From NCBI GenBank assembly GCA_965203295.1, contig CBDBCZ010000013.1, positions 864,001 to 928,000 on the forward strand: DNA of 64,000 nt. Reading direction: 5' to 3'. Shown piece by piece: positions 38,381 to 64,000 of the stretch. The notes beneath the pieces are model-generated. The model saw only the letters and a program-made list of their open reading frames with translations, had not been told where the DNA came from and made no database searches. Made by a program: the position numbers and the translations under genes. Position 1 is the first letter of the stretch. The number at the start of each line of letters is the position of its first letter. The DNA is from Nitrospirales bacterium. Its GTDB lineage: Bacteria > Nitrospirota > Nitrospiria > Nitrospirales > UBA8639.

Positions 38381-38834
38381 TAGTCTCGTGCCCAGCCCCA
38401 CGCTAGAAAGTGGGTCTGGCTTCCTGCATACTCAAAGTTGGGTGAGCATTACATCATATTACATCACCAAACGGATAGTGTCCACGTGGCCATTCGCGTA
38501 GATATCCGGATACTACAACCGTTTAGTGATGTAATTGGGGCGAGCGCAGCGAGCCCTGTACTAGCGAGGTCAATGCCAACTCGTTTGTATGTATCGACCG
38601 ACCTGTATGTATGTCATCGACCGACCGGTCGCATTGCGCATGCGCAGAAGCATGCTAAGCACATGTTGTCGTTGCGCTCGCCCCACAAATGCTCTGCATT
38701 CTCCTAGTACTATAAGTAACCAATCATATTGCCGGTCCAGATCTGGGACCGCTGACGTAATGCTGCCATGCCCCAACTTTAAATATACGGGGAGCCAGAC
38801 CCACCTTCCTAACGTGGGGCTGGGCACGAGACTA
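38381..38834. mobile_element. TAG...CTA MITE with 9-bp TSD, containing a nested Helitron-like element
   Basis: TSD ccttgatgc on both sides; TIR tagtctcgtgcccagccccacg. Confidence 0.88.
38535..38707 (+). mobile_element. Helitron/DINE-1-like non-autonomous element, copy 1
   Basis: Subterminal IR ggggcgagcgca/tgcgctcgcccc, internal (tgta)n, 3' hairpin aatgc-tct-gcatt, ends CTAG. Confidence 0.75.
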
Positions 38835-38893
38835 CCTTGATGCATGAGGCTAGGGTATCGGCACGGCTATATACAAGTTATTATTTCGGATTA

Positions 38894-39072
38894 TTGGGGC
38901 GAGCGCAGCGAGCCCTGTACTAGCGAGGTCAATGCCAACTCCGTTTGTATGTATGTCATCGACCGACCTGTGTGTATGTCATCGACCGACCGGTCGCATT
39001 GCGCATGCGCAGAAACATGCTAAGCACATGTTGTAGTTGCGCTCGCCCCACAAATGCTCTGCATTCTCCTAG
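38894..39072 (+). mobile_element. Helitron/DINE-1-like element, copy 2
   Basis: Near-identical to 38535-38707. Confidence 0.75.
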
Positions 39073-39130
39073 TAATAATTACAATGAGCATAATAATTAT
39101 GCTCAAAATAATAAAATCTTTACTGATGGT

Positions 39131-39209
39131 TAGCCTCGTTCCCAGGCTCCACCCCCCAGCTTTTAATCGCAAAGTGGAAGCTGGGGGGTGGAGCCTGGGA
39201 ACGAGGCTA
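39131..39209. mobile_element. Palindromic TAG...CTA MITE with 9-bp TSD
   Basis: TSD actgatggt at 39122-39130 and 39210-39218; paralogous sites near 7465 and 23561 lack the insertion. Confidence 0.9.
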
Positions 39210-39734
39210 ACTGATGGTAACACTTGTGTACGTAACTGTATGATTGTGACCCTCATGTCAATCAATGGTTTCTTTCTAGTCAGTATGTGTATGCTGATGC
39301 TGTCTGTTAGGTGTAACAGCAATTGAAAAGGTGCACACATGCATGGACTCATGGTGTACAACGAAAGACTAGCGTAGCCGTAGGTCTATATAGCTGTGAT
39401 CCCAATAGAGAATTCGAAACCACGTGAATTTTCATGCATGGAGAGAAATTAATGTGCAAACTGAACTTAATTGTACTATCATGCCAAATTTGGGAGTAAT
39501 GCTAAAAGCAATCAGTAAAGATAATGTACTACGCTCAGTAATTATCTCACGACTCGAAAATGAATTCACGGAGCAACCATACACTGAATCCGTTGGCACT
39601 ATTATGTCATGTGATGATGAACACATTGTACACAAGCTGCTGAAGTCAATCCTTATAATTATAAGCGCACTGAAGTGACTAACTGCCAATAACTAGTTGT
39701 CCCACCTAAAAAAATGTTAATTTTCCTGTCCTAT

Positions 39735-63564
<23,830 letters not shown>

Positions 63565-63786
63565 CTGGGGGAGGGAAAGATTACAGGATGATATATATAC
63601 ATGTATATGGATACCGCAGGCCGGGTTATGCTTGCAAAAGTGCATTTCTGAAGGCATATTGCGCAAAATAATGATAGTGTTATTATATACCCACATATAT
63701 ACATGAGATGTGCAAGACAAACACCAGGGAACGAGGCTACGTAAACCACTCATCAATTAATTTCTTCCCTCGACTCTCCAGTAGAT

Positions 63787-64000
63787 GCCCACCTGATAGT
63801 CGTGCCCGAGACGCCGACCTGATAGTCGTGCCCGAGACGCCCACCTGATAGTCGTGCCCGAGACGCCCACCTGATAGTCGTGCCTGAGACACCCACCTGA
63901 TAGTCCTGCCCGAGACGCCCACCTGATAGTCGTGCTCGAGACACCCACCTGATAGTCCTGCCCGAGACGCCCACCTGATAGTCGTGCCTGAGACACCCAC
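63787..64000. repeat. 26-bp minisatellite (cccacctgatagtcgtgcccgagacg)n, runs off the window end
   Basis: About 8 units visible. Confidence 0.93.

Noticed and set aside
63787..64000. CRISPR-like array
   Set aside because: Contiguous 26-bp units without unique spacers in eukaryotic intronic DNA; a minisatellite.

Overview
Eukaryotic, intron-rich animal DNA, most consistent with a demosponge (inferred from gene families, intron style and TE families; not proven). The right half (39.7-63.6 kb, minus strand) is the 3' ~three quarters of a WDR35/IFT121 gene with 28 traceable exons, including a minor-spliceosome-type intron with apparent GT-TG ends and a GC-AG intron. Its introns host three Pol III-type small RNA genes (TATA at about -30, B box, TTTT terminator) whose terminal stem and TACTTCG motif closely match vault RNA, and two of them carry a tRNA-like cloverleaf as the central domain. 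This is the most interesting signal. The left half is a duplication-rich, immunity-flavoured region. It has a ~6 kb segmental duplication (about 1-7.4 kb vs 16.7-22.5 kb) carrying a Cys-rich multi-TM receptor-like gene (one intact, one frameshifted) and an inverted copy of the WDR35 last exon, flanking a frameshifted arylamine N-acetyltransferase and a death-fold/NACHT/LRR NLR gene. These are followed by an Ig/FN3 single-pass receptor with paired ITIM-like motifs. Many non-autonomous transposons with readable TIRs and TSDs are scattered throughout. All comparisons to known proteins and RNAs are from memory, not from database searches.
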